A stretch of DNA of 63,830 nt, the filler included, from Thraustochytrium aureum (Eukaryota), in assembly GCA_012862495.1 (NCBI GenBank). It is 5 parts of 3 records of this genome, joined end to end, with 100 filler letters (N's around TTAATTAATTAA, not from the genome) between each part and the next. Parts side by side here need not be neighbours in the genome. Positions count along the whole stretch, not along the records: positions 1 to 9,419 come from BLSG01000033.1; positions 9,520 to 35,917 come from BLSG01000034.1; 3 more parts are not named here. One strand, given 5' to 3'. Positions within the stretch are counted from its first letter, which is position 1. Each line of letters begins with the position of its first letter. The position numbers and the translations under genes were made by a program. Shown here piece by piece: positions 9,409 through 19,897 of this stretch. The notes beneath the pieces were generated by a model, which saw only the letters and a program-made list of their open reading frames with translations, had not been told where the DNA came from and searched no databases.

Positions 9409-9419
9409 CTATTTATCCG

Positions 9420-9519
9420 NNNNNNNNNNNNNNNNNNNNNNNNNNNNNNNNNNNNNNNNNNNNTTAATTAATTAANNNNNNNNNNNNNNNNNNNNNNNNN
9501 NNNNNNNNNNNNNNNNNNN
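9420..9519. other. Artificial scaffold linker
   Basis: 44 N + TTAATTAATTAA (stop codons in all six frames) + 44 N. The same spacer recurs three more times. Confidence 0.97.
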
Positions 9520-9690
9520 TCCAGGAAGTCCGGGTCGGTCGCGTTGGTGGCGTTAAAGTGCCACTGCATCGCGGCGCAGGCGTCGTTGTTGTCGCAGGCC
9601 AGCTCGCACTCGACGGGCGTCGGCGCCACAAAGCGGTCCAGCAGCGCGGCCGCGCTGCAACTCAGGTAATTGGTGTACTCGCGACACCCT
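9520..9690 (-). CDS. Partial exon, PAN/apple-like Cys module
   Basis: TPVECELACDNNDACAAMQW, preceded by a possible acceptor (ctctttgcag). Confidence 0.3.
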
Positions 9691-11169
9691 GCAAAGAGGG
9701 AACTGTCGCGGGCACGTGCCTTAGCCGTGGTTTGCGTGCTTGCGAACCTGGTCATTACTGACCCAGTGTAAGAGCCTCGCCACGCTTGCGAAGGAGGACC
9801 CTACGATTATCGCCAAAGAAGGCGTTTTGGAGGCGGTCTCCAAAGCTAACTTGGCCGTCAGCAACTTCGACTTTCGCAATAGAGCTGTGATAGTCTTCGA
9901 TTTGCTTACGAACCGAATGAATGGAAGCGATCTGAAGGGCGGAGATTGCCGGACCTGGCCATGCTGACCACGTTAGAGAGCTTTGACCAAGTTGTCGGCC
10001 CAAACTTTGTCCGGAGCAAGGCCCTGTTCGTTCGTCTCCGCGCTCGGACCCGAGAATGACCCCAAATGAGTTTCGAGACGCGGACACCCGCTGTGGGTCT
10101 GGTACAAGGCTCTCGTCATGGCTAGCACTCTTGAGTCTCCAAGTCCAAAGTCCGCGAGGCTGCAGGAGAGAAGTTATAGATAGGCATACTTTGAAGCGAT
10201 GTGGTTGGTTGGTTGGCAAACGTACAGGCTGCTGCAGGTAACAGGTTACAAGCGAGTCAAGTGCCTCCAAGCGGCAGGGAGCTTGGGGCTGCCAAGCTCG
10301 ATCGAGGCGGCACGTCAACGAGACCACGCTCAAGCTTCAGCTGTACTAGCACAATGTCGAATCTGTCGTCCATTGATTGGGTTGGCATACATTGGATTTC
10401 AGTCGACCGCCGCTGCACCTTTCCTGACGGCCTGGACGACTTTAAAAGCTACTTTGACTTGGCGCTAGCTCTAGCTAGAGAGCCCGACAGAAAAGCCGTG
10501 TTGCCTGCGCAGACGCGCTTCCGACGTCCGTCAGTCTGCCCAAGGTAGCCGACTCTAGCTAGCTAGAGCAGATCCAGACGATTCCCCAATCTCGTCGCGA
10601 TGTGGATCTCCCAGACGCACCAAGCGTGGGTGAGCGGGCAGCGCTGTGCCCACACGTTGAAGCTAGTCCGCAAAGAGTGTAATGGTGTCGTGGAGCCAGG
10701 CCACATCGGCATGATTTTCAAGTGCCCAAGGCGAGTGCAGTAGGCTCTGGAGCATGAATATGCCGTGGAGACGCTCGCCACTTCCTAAAAACCAACGACA
10801 GGATGGACCACCCGGAAGTCGCTGGTTGTCTCGGCAACGTGAAGGACTAGAACCGGCAGTGCCGCGCCACCTTTCGCTGGCCTATGTGCAAGGCACCAAC
10901 GTTTCGGCATCCCTTGGCGTGTGGTGCACTGGGCTCGTTCGGTGCAGCCTTGAGCGCTCATTTCCAGGTCAAGGGTGGAGAATATTTCCGTTGGGTGCTG
11001 TTCAATCAAGCAAACCAACAGGGCGAGCGGAGGAATGCACGTTACAAGTCGAGTCGCAGTCCAGTTCCCTTTCGTGGCAAGCTGAGGGAGAAGGCGCCAC
11101 GCGAGGTGGAGGGTAGAGCTCCAAACACGGCGCTGCGGGGACGGCCGCCGCCAGGCCTTGCGAGCAGTC

Positions 11170-14070
11170 ATGCCAGAGATAGCTGGACGGTTTGCTGCCA
11201 CAGTCATCGTGGCTCTCGTTTGTCTGCAGGCTGCGTCAGCGTGCTCCATCAGCGGGGCAAAACCAGCCTCAATCCTGGCATCTGCCAACGCGACCCTGAC
11301 CATACAGGGCTCCGGCTTTGGAGCCAACCCGGTGGTCGCCCTTACCGATGGCTCAGCTGAGGTCCTGTCAAGCATCAAATACGACTCTCGCGGAGCGCGC
11401 GTCGTCGTGCCACCTGATTCCTTTGCTGTTGGATCTCTAATTCGACTGCGGATCGTGGACGAAATTTCGAACACAACCCAGTGCGATGCCAAGGGCATCA
11501 CCATCTACGCCTTCGGCCAAGTGGCGCTGCAGAGCCACGAGGAGGGCGAAGCAAAGAGCCTGCGCGCTGGCATCTACAACATCAACGCCAGGCGAGAGGT
11601 CGTGTTTCGCTTGAGCAACCTCTTTACAAGTGGGGCGGGGGACACGCGAGTCCAATACTTGGACATGGACGGAAACGATCTCGACATTATGACTGGCGGC
11701 CAGGTCGAGAGCCGAGACGGCGAGCTGGTGCTGGTGTCGAAAACGCCAGTCTTGCCCAAACCAGTAGAGTGGACCTTGGGCTGCCCCGACCCGCAAAAGC
11801 CGGTCATTTCGCCGACATGCGCTTGGGACATCATGGTCCAAGTCCGAGTCACCCTGGATGGCGGTCNNNNNNNNNNNNNNNNNNNNNNNNNNNNNNNNNN
11901 NNNNNNNNNNNNNNNNNNNNNNNNNNNNNNNNNNNNNNNNNNNNNNNNNNNNNNNNNNNNNNNNNNNNNNNNNNNNNNNNNNNNNNNNNNNNNNNNNNNN
12001 NNNNNNNNNNNNNNNNNNNNNNNNNNNNNNNNNNNNNNNNNNNNNNNNNNNNNNNNNNNNNNNNNNNNNNNNNNNNNNNNNNNNNNNNNNNNNNNNNNNN
12101 NNNNNNNNNNNNNNNNNNNNNNNNNNNNNNNNNNNNNNNNNNNNNNNNNNNNNNNNNNNNNNNNNNNNNNNNNNNNNNNNNNNNNNNNNNNNNNNNNNNN
12201 NNNNNNNNNNNNNNNNNNNNNNNNNNNNNNNNNNNNNNNNNNNNNNNNNNNNNNNNNNNNNNNNNNNNNNNNNNNNNNNNNNNNNNNNNNNNNNNNNNNN
12301 NNNNNNNNNNNNNNNNNNNNNNNNNNNNNNNNNNNNNNNNNNNNNNNNNNNNNNNNNNNNNNNNNNNNNNNNNNNNNNNNNNNNNNNNNNNNNNNNNNNN
12401 NNNNNNNNNNNNNNNNNNNNNNNNNNNNNNNNNNNNNNNNNNNNNNNNNNNNNNNNNNNNNNNNNNNNNNNNNNNNNNNNNNNNNNNNNNNNNNNNNNNN
12501 NNNNNNNNNNNNNNNNNNNNNNNNNNNNNNNNNNNNNNNNNNNNNNNNNNNNNNNNNNNNNNNNNNNNNNNNNNNNNNNNNNNNNNNNNNNNNNNNNNNN
12601 NNNNNNNNNNNNNNNNNNNNNNNNNNNNNNNNNNNNNNNNNNNNNNNNNNNNNNNNNNNNNNNNNNNNNNNNNNNNNNNNNNNNNNNNNNNNNNNNNNNN
12701 NNNNNNNNNNNNNNNNNNNNNNNNNNNNNNNNNNNNNNNNNNNNNNNNNNNNNNNNNNNNNNNNNNNNNNNNNNNNNNNNNNNNNNNNNNNNNNNNNNNN
12801 NNNNNNNNNNNNNNNNNNNNNNNNNNNNNNNNNNNNNNNNNNNNNNNNNNNNNNNNNNNNTGACCCAATCCAAGCAACAGATTGCCTCTTCGGCGTCGAC
12901 TTTCCCGGTCAAGCGCTGCTCCAAGGTGCGTATCCGAACCCGCACAACGAGCTTCGGGTATTCAACGACTTCCTGGTCGAAGGCGTCGAGCTCTTTGAGC
13001 CCAACCAGACCGCCTTTGGGACGATTCATAGCGACGACACGCACGGGTGCTCGACGCCGTATGGTGACTCTGGAGACCGCTTTTTTACAGCCCCCGTTGG
13101 CCTGCCTGTTTGTGACGGCACGCACTGGGAGCCAATGCTTGGCGAATGTGACACGGAGACCGGCTTTGCGCTCTATCGATTTGGCTGGAAAAGGGATCCC
13201 GTTTCCGGCCAAGAACTTCGCTGCGGCACGAAAGTCAACCTGGCCGGTATCATCACAGAAAGCGACGCCCTGCCGCTCGGCATCTGGGTCGACAAGAACG
13301 GGCAGCCAATTCGAGTGGACTGTAGCACAGAATCCGCTCTTGACACACTGCCGATCACCATCGCAACGCTCGCAACGGGAACGGCGATTGTGGGAGCTAT
13401 CGCAAAGTACGCGCGCAAGCACAAAGCGAAGGCAGTCTCCTTCATTGACTTTGTGTTTTCCAGTGCGGCAGCCTCGGCTGTTTCAGTTGTGCTGCTGGCG
13501 GGTGGCGCGATTGCCGATGTCATCGCGACGTACAACATCTTCATCAACCCGGATCCCACGTTTATTCCTCTCCACGTGCCTTTCGCGGCTGTCACGGCGC
13601 TCAAGGTGTTGGTCTCGTTATGGGCAGTGCGTCACTTATTCCTCTTCACCCGAACGGCGATAAACAAGCTTGCTCGACGGCGATCGTCCGTCCACGCTGA
13701 CTTGTCAGATCCCAAGGCGCTTTCAGCATATGTGACGGCCGAGTTGGCTGCAATTGATGCCGGCATGTGGCGCGTGCAGATCGCTTTGCTGCTGCTCCTG
13801 ATCCGTGACATTCCGTCTTCGGTGATGAACTTTGTCTTTATTCTCACCGACCTCGCGATTCTGGCAGATCCCGCCTTCGCGCTTTCGACGCTAATTGGTC
13901 TGGTCGTTGCGACTATCGGTTTCACGCGCGTCCCACTGTATCGCTCGCTTTGCCGCGAACGCGCGATCATCGTTGCTATGCAAGCCGTTTTGGAGGCTCA
14001 GGGCGCGAACCCCGGCAGCAGGACCGCAACGCTCAGTATGCTCCTCGTTAAACGCAAGACTGGCATCTAG
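11170..14070 (+). CDS. Large signal-peptide protein with IPT/TIG-like domains and a C-terminal multi-TM region (spans gap)
   Basis: Signal peptide, an IPT-like start (ISGAKPASI...TLTIQGSGFG), a Cys-containing linker and about 5-6 hydrophobic helices. Confidence 0.65.
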   Translation: MPEIAGRFAATVIVALVCLQAASACSISGAKPASILASANATLTIQGSGFGANPVVALTDGSAEVLSSIKYDSRGARVVVPPDSFAVGSLIRLRIVDEISNTTQCDAKGITIYAFGQVALQSHEEGEAKSLRAGIYNINARREVVFRLSNLFTSGAGDTRVQYLDMDGNDLDIMTGGQVESRDGELVLVSKTPVLPKPVEWTLGCPDPQKPVISPTCAWDIMVQVRVTLDGGXXXXXXXXXXXXXXXXXXXXXXXXXXXXXXXXXXXXXXXXXXXXXXXXXXXXXXXXXXXXXXXXXXXXXXXXXXXXXXXXXXXXXXXXXXXXXXXXXXXXXXXXXXXXXXXXXXXXXXXXXXXXXXXXXXXXXXXXXXXXXXXXXXXXXXXXXXXXXXXXXXXXXXXXXXXXXXXXXXXXXXXXXXXXXXXXXXXXXXXXXXXXXXXXXXXXXXXXXXXXXXXXXXXXXXXXXXXXXXXXXXXXXXXXXXXXXXXXXXXXXXXXXXXXXXXXXXXXXXXXXXXXXXXXXXXXXXXXXXXXXXXXXXXXXXXXXXXXXXXXXXXXXXXXXXXXDPIQATDCLFGVDFPGQALLQGAYPNPHNELRVFNDFLVEGVELFEPNQTAFGTIHSDDTHGCSTPYGDSGDRFFTAPVGLPVCDGTHWEPMLGECDTETGFALYRFGWKRDPVSGQELRCGTKVNLAGIITESDALPLGIWVDKNGQPIRVDCSTESALDTLPITIATLATGTAIVGAIAKYARKHKAKAVSFIDFVFSSAAASAVSVVLLAGGAIADVIATYNIFINPDPTFIPLHVPFAAVTALKVLVSLWAVRHLFLFTRTAINKLARRRSSVHADLSDPKALSAYVTAELAAIDAGMWRVQIALLLLLIRDIPSSVMNFVFILTDLAILADPAFALSTLIGLVVATIGFTRVPLYRSLCRERAIIVAMQAVLEAQGANPGSRTATLSMLLVKRKTGI

Positions 14071-14859
14071 GCCAGCTCGATTCTTTTCATGCCTGGTCGC
14101 TGGAAAAAGCAGGCAGCTGCACGACGTCGGCGCGAGGGGGGGGGGTACTGGGTGCTGTACCCAAACTCGACATGGGCCCCTGACCTGGAGGAAGCCGGGG
14201 CACGTCTATTCGCTGTGATCGACGCGACATGCGACTGCGCCACACAGGCTCCAGCTTGCGAGCCGCTCAGAAAAGCTACTTTGTAAAAGCAGCCTCGTGC
14301 TGGGCCGAGTCTTCCTCAAAAGTGGCAAGATCACGCGAAACTACCAACTTTCTTGCTCGTGTAGTTACTCAATAATCCATGTNNNNNNNNNNNNNNNNNN
14401 NNNNNNNNNNNNNNNNNNNNNNNNNNNNNNNNNNNNNNNNNNNNNNNNNNNNNNNNNNNNNNNNNNNNNNNNNNNNNNNNNNNNNNNNNNNNNNNNNNNN
14501 NNNNNNNNNNNNNNNNNNNNNNNNNNNNNNNNNNNNNNNNNNNNNNNNNNNNNNNNNNNNNNNNNNNNNNNNNNNNNNNNNNNNNNNNNNNNNNNNNNNN
14601 NNNNNNNNNNNNNNNNNNNNNNNNNNNNNNNNNNNNNNNNNNNNNNNNNNNNNNNNNNNNNNNNNNNNNNNNNNNNNNNNNNNNNNNNNNNNNNNNNNNN
14701 NNNNNNNNNNNNNNNNNNNNNNNNNNNNNNNNNNNNNNNNNGAAAGCCTTGATGATCCATGGTGTTGCTGCGTTCCCTACAGTACCTACGGAGAAGATGC
14801 TAAAGATGATCCAAGGTGTTCGTGGGTTGTTGACTGCGGAAAAGACTTGGCGGCTCGAG

Positions 14860-15075
14860 AGGCTGCCTCCTTCGGCAGCCTGTGACGGGAGATCTCTGCC
14901 ATAACAGAAGCCGCGTGGTAAAGAGCCTCCGGCCCGGTCCCGTAGGAATCGAACTGACATCGAAGCTGGCAAAGCGACGACACGAATCGTCCGTTAGTCT
15001 AAACAGACAATGCCTGGGTGGCCCAGCCACCAGTTGCCTCGATCACGAAGGGCAGAAGGTCTCCCTCAGGCTCTG
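14860..15075 (-). pseudogene. Possible degenerate C-terminus of an RLE-type non-LTR retrotransposon endonuclease
   Basis: LLPFVIEATGGWATQALSV followed by a stop or frameshift; resembles the P...E..G.W motif of RLE endonucleases. Confidence 0.3.
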
Positions 15076-15238
15076 CGAATCAGCTTGCTCGGCCGTCCTG
15101 AGGTGAAAGGGAAGAGCTGGGTAACGTTAACCGTCCTCGTGACGTGAGCTTTGTTTATCGGTTGTAGTAACTGTCAACCTCGCTGACGAGGGATTTCTTG
15201 ATCCCAAAAGCAAAGCTCAAGCAAGCTCCACAGGACCA

Positions 15239-15895
15239 ATGGCGCAGCGAGCGCTCGAAACGCTGGAGGGTCTGGGCCTTGCCGCGCGCTCCGAGGCCGA
15301 CCCACGGTCCAGGGAGCGACTTGAACGCGCGCAACTTGGTCTGTTTCGCGAATTGGAAAGAGCTTGCACCAAGTTGGAAGCTGTCGCCGCACAGGCAGAC
15401 CAGGACCAGCAGGCTCGTTTGGGTTTGAATCAAATAGTATGGACGAGGCGGGATCTGCACTTGGACGACCCAGAGCTTGACCAGCTCTCAAGAGACAATG
15501 ACGGCGCCCAGCACCGGCTGAACAAACTCGTGCGCCTCACGCGACTCGCCCGACGCAGACGGTACGGGACGCTCCAAATGGTGGCGCAGCACGATGAGTC
15601 AGTTTGTGTCGCGGCGCTTGCGGTGGCCTCGTGCCGCGGATGCAATACTGAACTACCTCGAGCCAAGATCAGCGCGTTCGCAGAGCATGAGCAAGATGGC
15701 GCGAGAGCCGAGCGCCAACGTTCGCTGAGGCCAACAAGTGTCGACCAGCAAGGCTCCTCCTCCTACAGGATTGTGGAGAGGCGAGGGCTTCTGATGGAGC
15801 TTGATCGCACACTTGCTCGCTGCGAGGCCATTGCAGAAACTGGGGACGATCTCGACTGTGGAGAGCACCTAGAGAAACGAACCAAATCCGTCTGA
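15239..15895 (+). CDS. Hypothetical helical protein
   Basis: 218-aa ATG ORF with coiled-coil-like composition. Confidence 0.45.
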   Translation: MAQRALETLEGLGLAARSEADPRSRERLERAQLGLFRELERACTKLEAVAAQADQDQQARLGLNQIVWTRRDLHLDDPELDQLSRDNDGAQHRLNKLVRLTRLARRRRYGTLQMVAQHDESVCVAALAVASCRGCNTELPRAKISAFAEHEQDGARAERQRSLRPTSVDQQGSSSYRIVERRGLLMELDRTLARCEAIAETGDDLDCGEHLEKRTKSV

Positions 15896-16449
15896 GGACG
15901 CGACAAGCACGAGCACCCTCGTGGAAAACCGATCGAACGACACGTTGGTCTCAATCGTCACAACCTCTCTTCGTTGCTCTGTACATTGTGAGCCGACTTC
16001 CGTCCACTTGAGCCCGGCCTGATGTGGCTCTCTGGTCCAAAACCTGGGGTTGCGTCGGATCTTCCTCGAATTCACGAAAGCATCAGGATTCACGCCAATG
16101 TGCACGTCAATGTGTAGAGGTCAGTCTGTGACGAGATGATGCTCGAGTACGCGTTCAAACAGGCGCAAGACGGGCAATGACTGCCTCGAGAAGAATCACT
16201 CGCGGTGTCTGTCCACGAGAGAGGAGGTTGGCGTGACAGACGGAACAAGGAACCTTCTCTGGTCGACATTGATGAGAAAGAACATCGAAACACTGGCAGC
16301 CAGGCAGACACAAATCACTCTGCAGCAGGGCAAGAGTGACTCCGCTCCGTTGACGCTTGGATCAGTCCTTGGCTGACCGGCAGCGCCCGGCCATCCAGGC
16401 TTTGGCGGAGGTTCCAGGCAGAGGAGATAGATCCCCAGACTCGCCCACG

Positions 16450-17820
16450 ATGGAGGCGCGTGGTGGCGACGCACCTGTGCCCAAGCGCGTCCCCGTGACG
16501 ATCGTGACGGGCTTCCTTGGTGCCGGCAAGAGCACGCTGCTCAACTATATTCTCACAGCCGAACACGGGAAGCGCATCGCTGTGATCGAAAATGAGTTTG
16601 GCAACGAGAAGGGAATCGAGCGCCTCATCGCGCGAGACGACGCAGGAGACCAGGTCGACCTGGACGACCTCTTCATCGAGCTGAGTAACGGGTGTATCTG
16701 CTGCTCGGTGCGTGACGACCTCGTCGTCACTCTAGAAGGCCTCCTAGAGAAGAGCGACAAGTTCGACTATATCATGATCGAGACAACAGGCGTGGCTGAC
16801 CCTGGGCCGCTGGTGGGCGTATTTTGGCTCGACCAACAGCTCGAAAGCAGAATCTACCTGGACGGCGTGGTTACGGTTGTTGATATGAAAAACCTTGCCA
16901 AGCACCTCGACGACCCCAGAAAGCAAGAGCATGGCTTGGGCTTGGGCTCACCACCCTCAGCCACGGGCATGCCCGAAGCCGCAAGCTTTGTGAACGAGGC
17001 ACAGCGTCAGATCGCGTATGCCGATCGCGTCCTGCTCAACAAAGCCGACCTGGTTGACACTAGTCGAGCCGCCGAGATCCGGGATCGGGTCAAACGCATC
17101 AACCCGTTCGCGACGATTCTCACATCGGAGTTTTCCAAGGTTGATTTGGACCAGGTCCTCAACGTTCGTGGCTACGAGTTTGTAGAGAACACGTCACCCT
17201 CGGCCCTACAAAAACAGCTCCTGGCGCTCGAGGCTGCCATGGGACCGGCGCCCCGCGCTGCCACCACAGCAGAGGCAGTCGCACATGGCACCCTGTGTCA
17301 CCCACACGAAGCTCATGATCTCTGCGACGGGGGAGCGTGCGACAGCATCAAAGCTGGAGCCCACGACGAGTCGGTTGACACGGCTAGCTTGCCGCGACAT
17401 GACCCGACGGTCCACTCGGTCGTGGTGCGGACGCACGAGCACATCGACAAGCTCAAGTTTGAGCGCTGGATGGGGCAGTTGCTCTGGGAGCGCTCAGCTC
17501 CTGCCGAGCATGGAGCGGAATCTTCTGTTTCACATTCATCAGAGGCGCTGGCCGCTGAACTTCATCCAGCCATGGAGATTTTCCGCGTGAAAGGCTGCGT
17601 GAACGTAGCTGGGCAAAGTGCAGTGCACATTCTTCAAGGGGTTCACGAGACGTTTGAGGTTGAGCCTGCCAAACAGCTATGGGGACAGGGAGACTTTGAA
17701 GTGCGCCAGACGCGAATCGTCTTCATCGGGCGGTTTCTTGATCTCCCCCTGCTTCTTGCAGGCGTCGAGAGCTGTGCCACCGTTGAGCTGCAGGCGACGA
17801 AGGCGACGACGGCCTGTTGA
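16450..17820 (+). CDS. CobW/COG0523 (ZNG1/CBWD-like) GTPase metallochaperone
   Basis: TGFLGAGKSTLLN, AVIENEFG, GCICC, IETTGVADP, LNKAD, a His-rich linker and a CobW_C domain (FRVKG...LQGV...IVFIGR). Confidence 0.92.
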   Translation: MEARGGDAPVPKRVPVTIVTGFLGAGKSTLLNYILTAEHGKRIAVIENEFGNEKGIERLIARDDAGDQVDLDDLFIELSNGCICCSVRDDLVVTLEGLLEKSDKFDYIMIETTGVADPGPLVGVFWLDQQLESRIYLDGVVTVVDMKNLAKHLDDPRKQEHGLGLGSPPSATGMPEAASFVNEAQRQIAYADRVLLNKADLVDTSRAAEIRDRVKRINPFATILTSEFSKVDLDQVLNVRGYEFVENTSPSALQKQLLALEAAMGPAPRAATTAEAVAHGTLCHPHEAHDLCDGGACDSIKAGAHDESVDTASLPRHDPTVHSVVVRTHEHIDKLKFERWMGQLLWERSAPAEHGAESSVSHSSEALAAELHPAMEIFRVKGCVNVAGQSAVHILQGVHETFEVEPAKQLWGQGDFEVRQTRIVFIGRFLDLPLLLAGVESCATVELQATKATTAC

Positions 17821-19897
17821 GGCCATCGCCGCAGGAAGGAAGCTACTAGTGTAGCTAGCTCTTGAAGAAACCCAAATCTGACTTCTTTGCTGTGGTGGCC
17901 ACCGATGGATCCAGCCAGATCAGCCAGAAAGTGTCATGCCGAGCAATGCCGATTTTAAAAAAACGAGAGAGTAGGTAGAGTACCTTGGGGATCTGGTTTA
18001 TGCAGCAACCCACCCTACCCCACCCATCCAGCCCACCCTGGGCAGAGAGGTAGGCAGGCCTACTACGACTAGCTAGAGTAGTACTCTAGCTCTAGAGAGC
18101 TAGAGTACTCTTCCAGACGTGCGCTGTTCAGCAAGCAGGAGGTGAGGATTTGGTTGGCCTTCCCGGGACCCCAGTGGGACATTCAAAACCGCCGGCTGAA
18201 CACAAGGTAGAGTACACATACCGGTAGCTCAGCGCAAACTATGCGCAAACGTTGCAATTGTTCAATTGCTTCAACTGGTTCAGCTGCCCCTTACTAGCGA
18301 GCGACTTGAGCATCCGGCTGTATGAGGTTGTCCTTGGAGTGCTTGTGGACTTGGTTGGGGCCTTCCGACGTAGAGGACACAGGAAAAGGCCGTGCGACAT
18401 GCCAATAATTGCCAAACTCGACGACTTACGAGCAAGACCAATAATTCATGAATCCACCAAACGCTTTTCCTCGTCCATTCGTTCGCTCGGTCGTGTTTTT
18501 TCGTTGGCTAGATCTCAACAGATCGAGAATCCCTGTCCGTTTTGGTTGCAATCTGGTCTGTGAGCGCTTCAAAACCGCACGTAGACTACCTGACAAAGGT
18601 AGCGAGCTTGTAGGCTACCAAGAGGTGTGTCTCCTCCTAACGGCTCTTTTGTCCGTTTCGACTTGGCGTGCAGAGTGAGTCACTCACTGTTGACTGACAT
18701 GACACGCTCATCCTGCCCTGGCAGGAAAAACAACACTCGCATCTGAACTGAATTCTGATCACTCGTCGATTCATTCATACACCTTGTCCCCGTCACCATA
18801 GATAGGTGCCTGCCTGCCTGTCTGTAGAGTACTCGACTCCTTCCTTCCTTCCTACCTTGGCATTATTATGGGTGGATGGGTGGATGGATGATAATGGTGG
18901 TCACCAGTGTAGCCTACCAAGGTGGGCATGTGCTCGACGTGTATTGTACACAGAGACAGACAGCCAGCCCTTGCTTGTCTGTCCCTGAGGCCCGAGGGAC
19001 CAATCGATCCATGGCACCACGATTGTTTTTCGTTTTGCGGCATCACGCGCCCGCCGGCGACGGCCCCGATGCAGCTTGCCATTTCGATTCGAGCATGCAA
19101 GCCTTGTGTGCTGGTTTGTTTCCGTTGAGCGCGTGGGAAGAAAGACAGCTTGTGAAACTCGAGTTACAACTAACCTACCTGTCTACCCAAACCTCGCCCG
19201 CGCCCAAATAGAGCCGGCAGGCTACACTCCATTTCACTATGAACTCGGCTCGTCAGAGGAGGGTCATTTGGGGTCATGTGACTCCTGTTTGTCTCATTTT
19301 CCAAATCATCGAGCAGCTACGAAACCAAACAGCTGCACGCGCGCGGCAGAGGCGCGTTGGAGATAGTAGTTGCGCTTCAAGAAGCCTTGCCTTCAGATAC
19401 CAGAGAGCACAGGTCAATAAAAATCAAACCTTACCTGCTACCCACCCATTCTCTCAGCGACGGCTCCGCCAAAGGATCAATAGACAATGCGTTGGCCTGC
19501 GGAGAAGAGATTCGTTGGACAGCGTTGCTGCTTAATTAAAATCGAGGACTGACCGAAGAGTGTTGACCTTCGTCGCCGTGTATACAGAGATTATCTGCGC
19601 CCTGTAGCATCAAGGCCCGGCGGGACACCTGTCGTCCAAGGCATCTGCGTTTTCGAGTGCTGTTCTCCCCATGCAAGTGAATTGTCTAGCTCTCTAGAGG
19701 CTAGCTAGCTCTACTAGAGAGAGCGCTCTCTCGAGCTCTAGCTAGAGCTAGCTAGCTAGAGAGCGGCAGCGGACGCATGTGAACCATCCAGAACCCAAAC
19801 AGAGCATTGGATCTGTTCTGGAAAGCAAAGCACGGCCCAACCTGTGAATCGAGAATTGGACAGGCGAGGCGGGTGAAAAAGGTGAAACAAGAAAGAC

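Larger units (their letters stand above)
1..9419. mobile_element. Giant-virus-like (Nucleocytoviricota) scaffold; endogenous element or co-assembled virus
   Basis: Contains an A32 packaging ATPase and several giant-virus-type small proteins. Genes are short and dense on both strands, separated by A/T-tract spacers of about 50-65 bp. Gene organisation differs from scaffolds 2-5. Confidence 0.85.

Noticed and set aside
9420..9519. Apparent virus-host integration junction, or TTAA target site (TTAATTAATTAA)
   Set aside because: The identical N-flanked 12-mer occurs four times with fixed spacing. It is an assembly linker, so adjacency across it has no biological meaning.
9740..10780. Fragmented protein-like frames (SLATLAKEDPTIIAKEGVLEAV...)
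   Set aside because: Many stops and no recognisable motif, so neither a gene nor a pseudogene call is supportable.
18876..19539. Chain of short + strand ORFs that might form a spliced gene
   Set aside because: No clear splice signals or recognisable domain.
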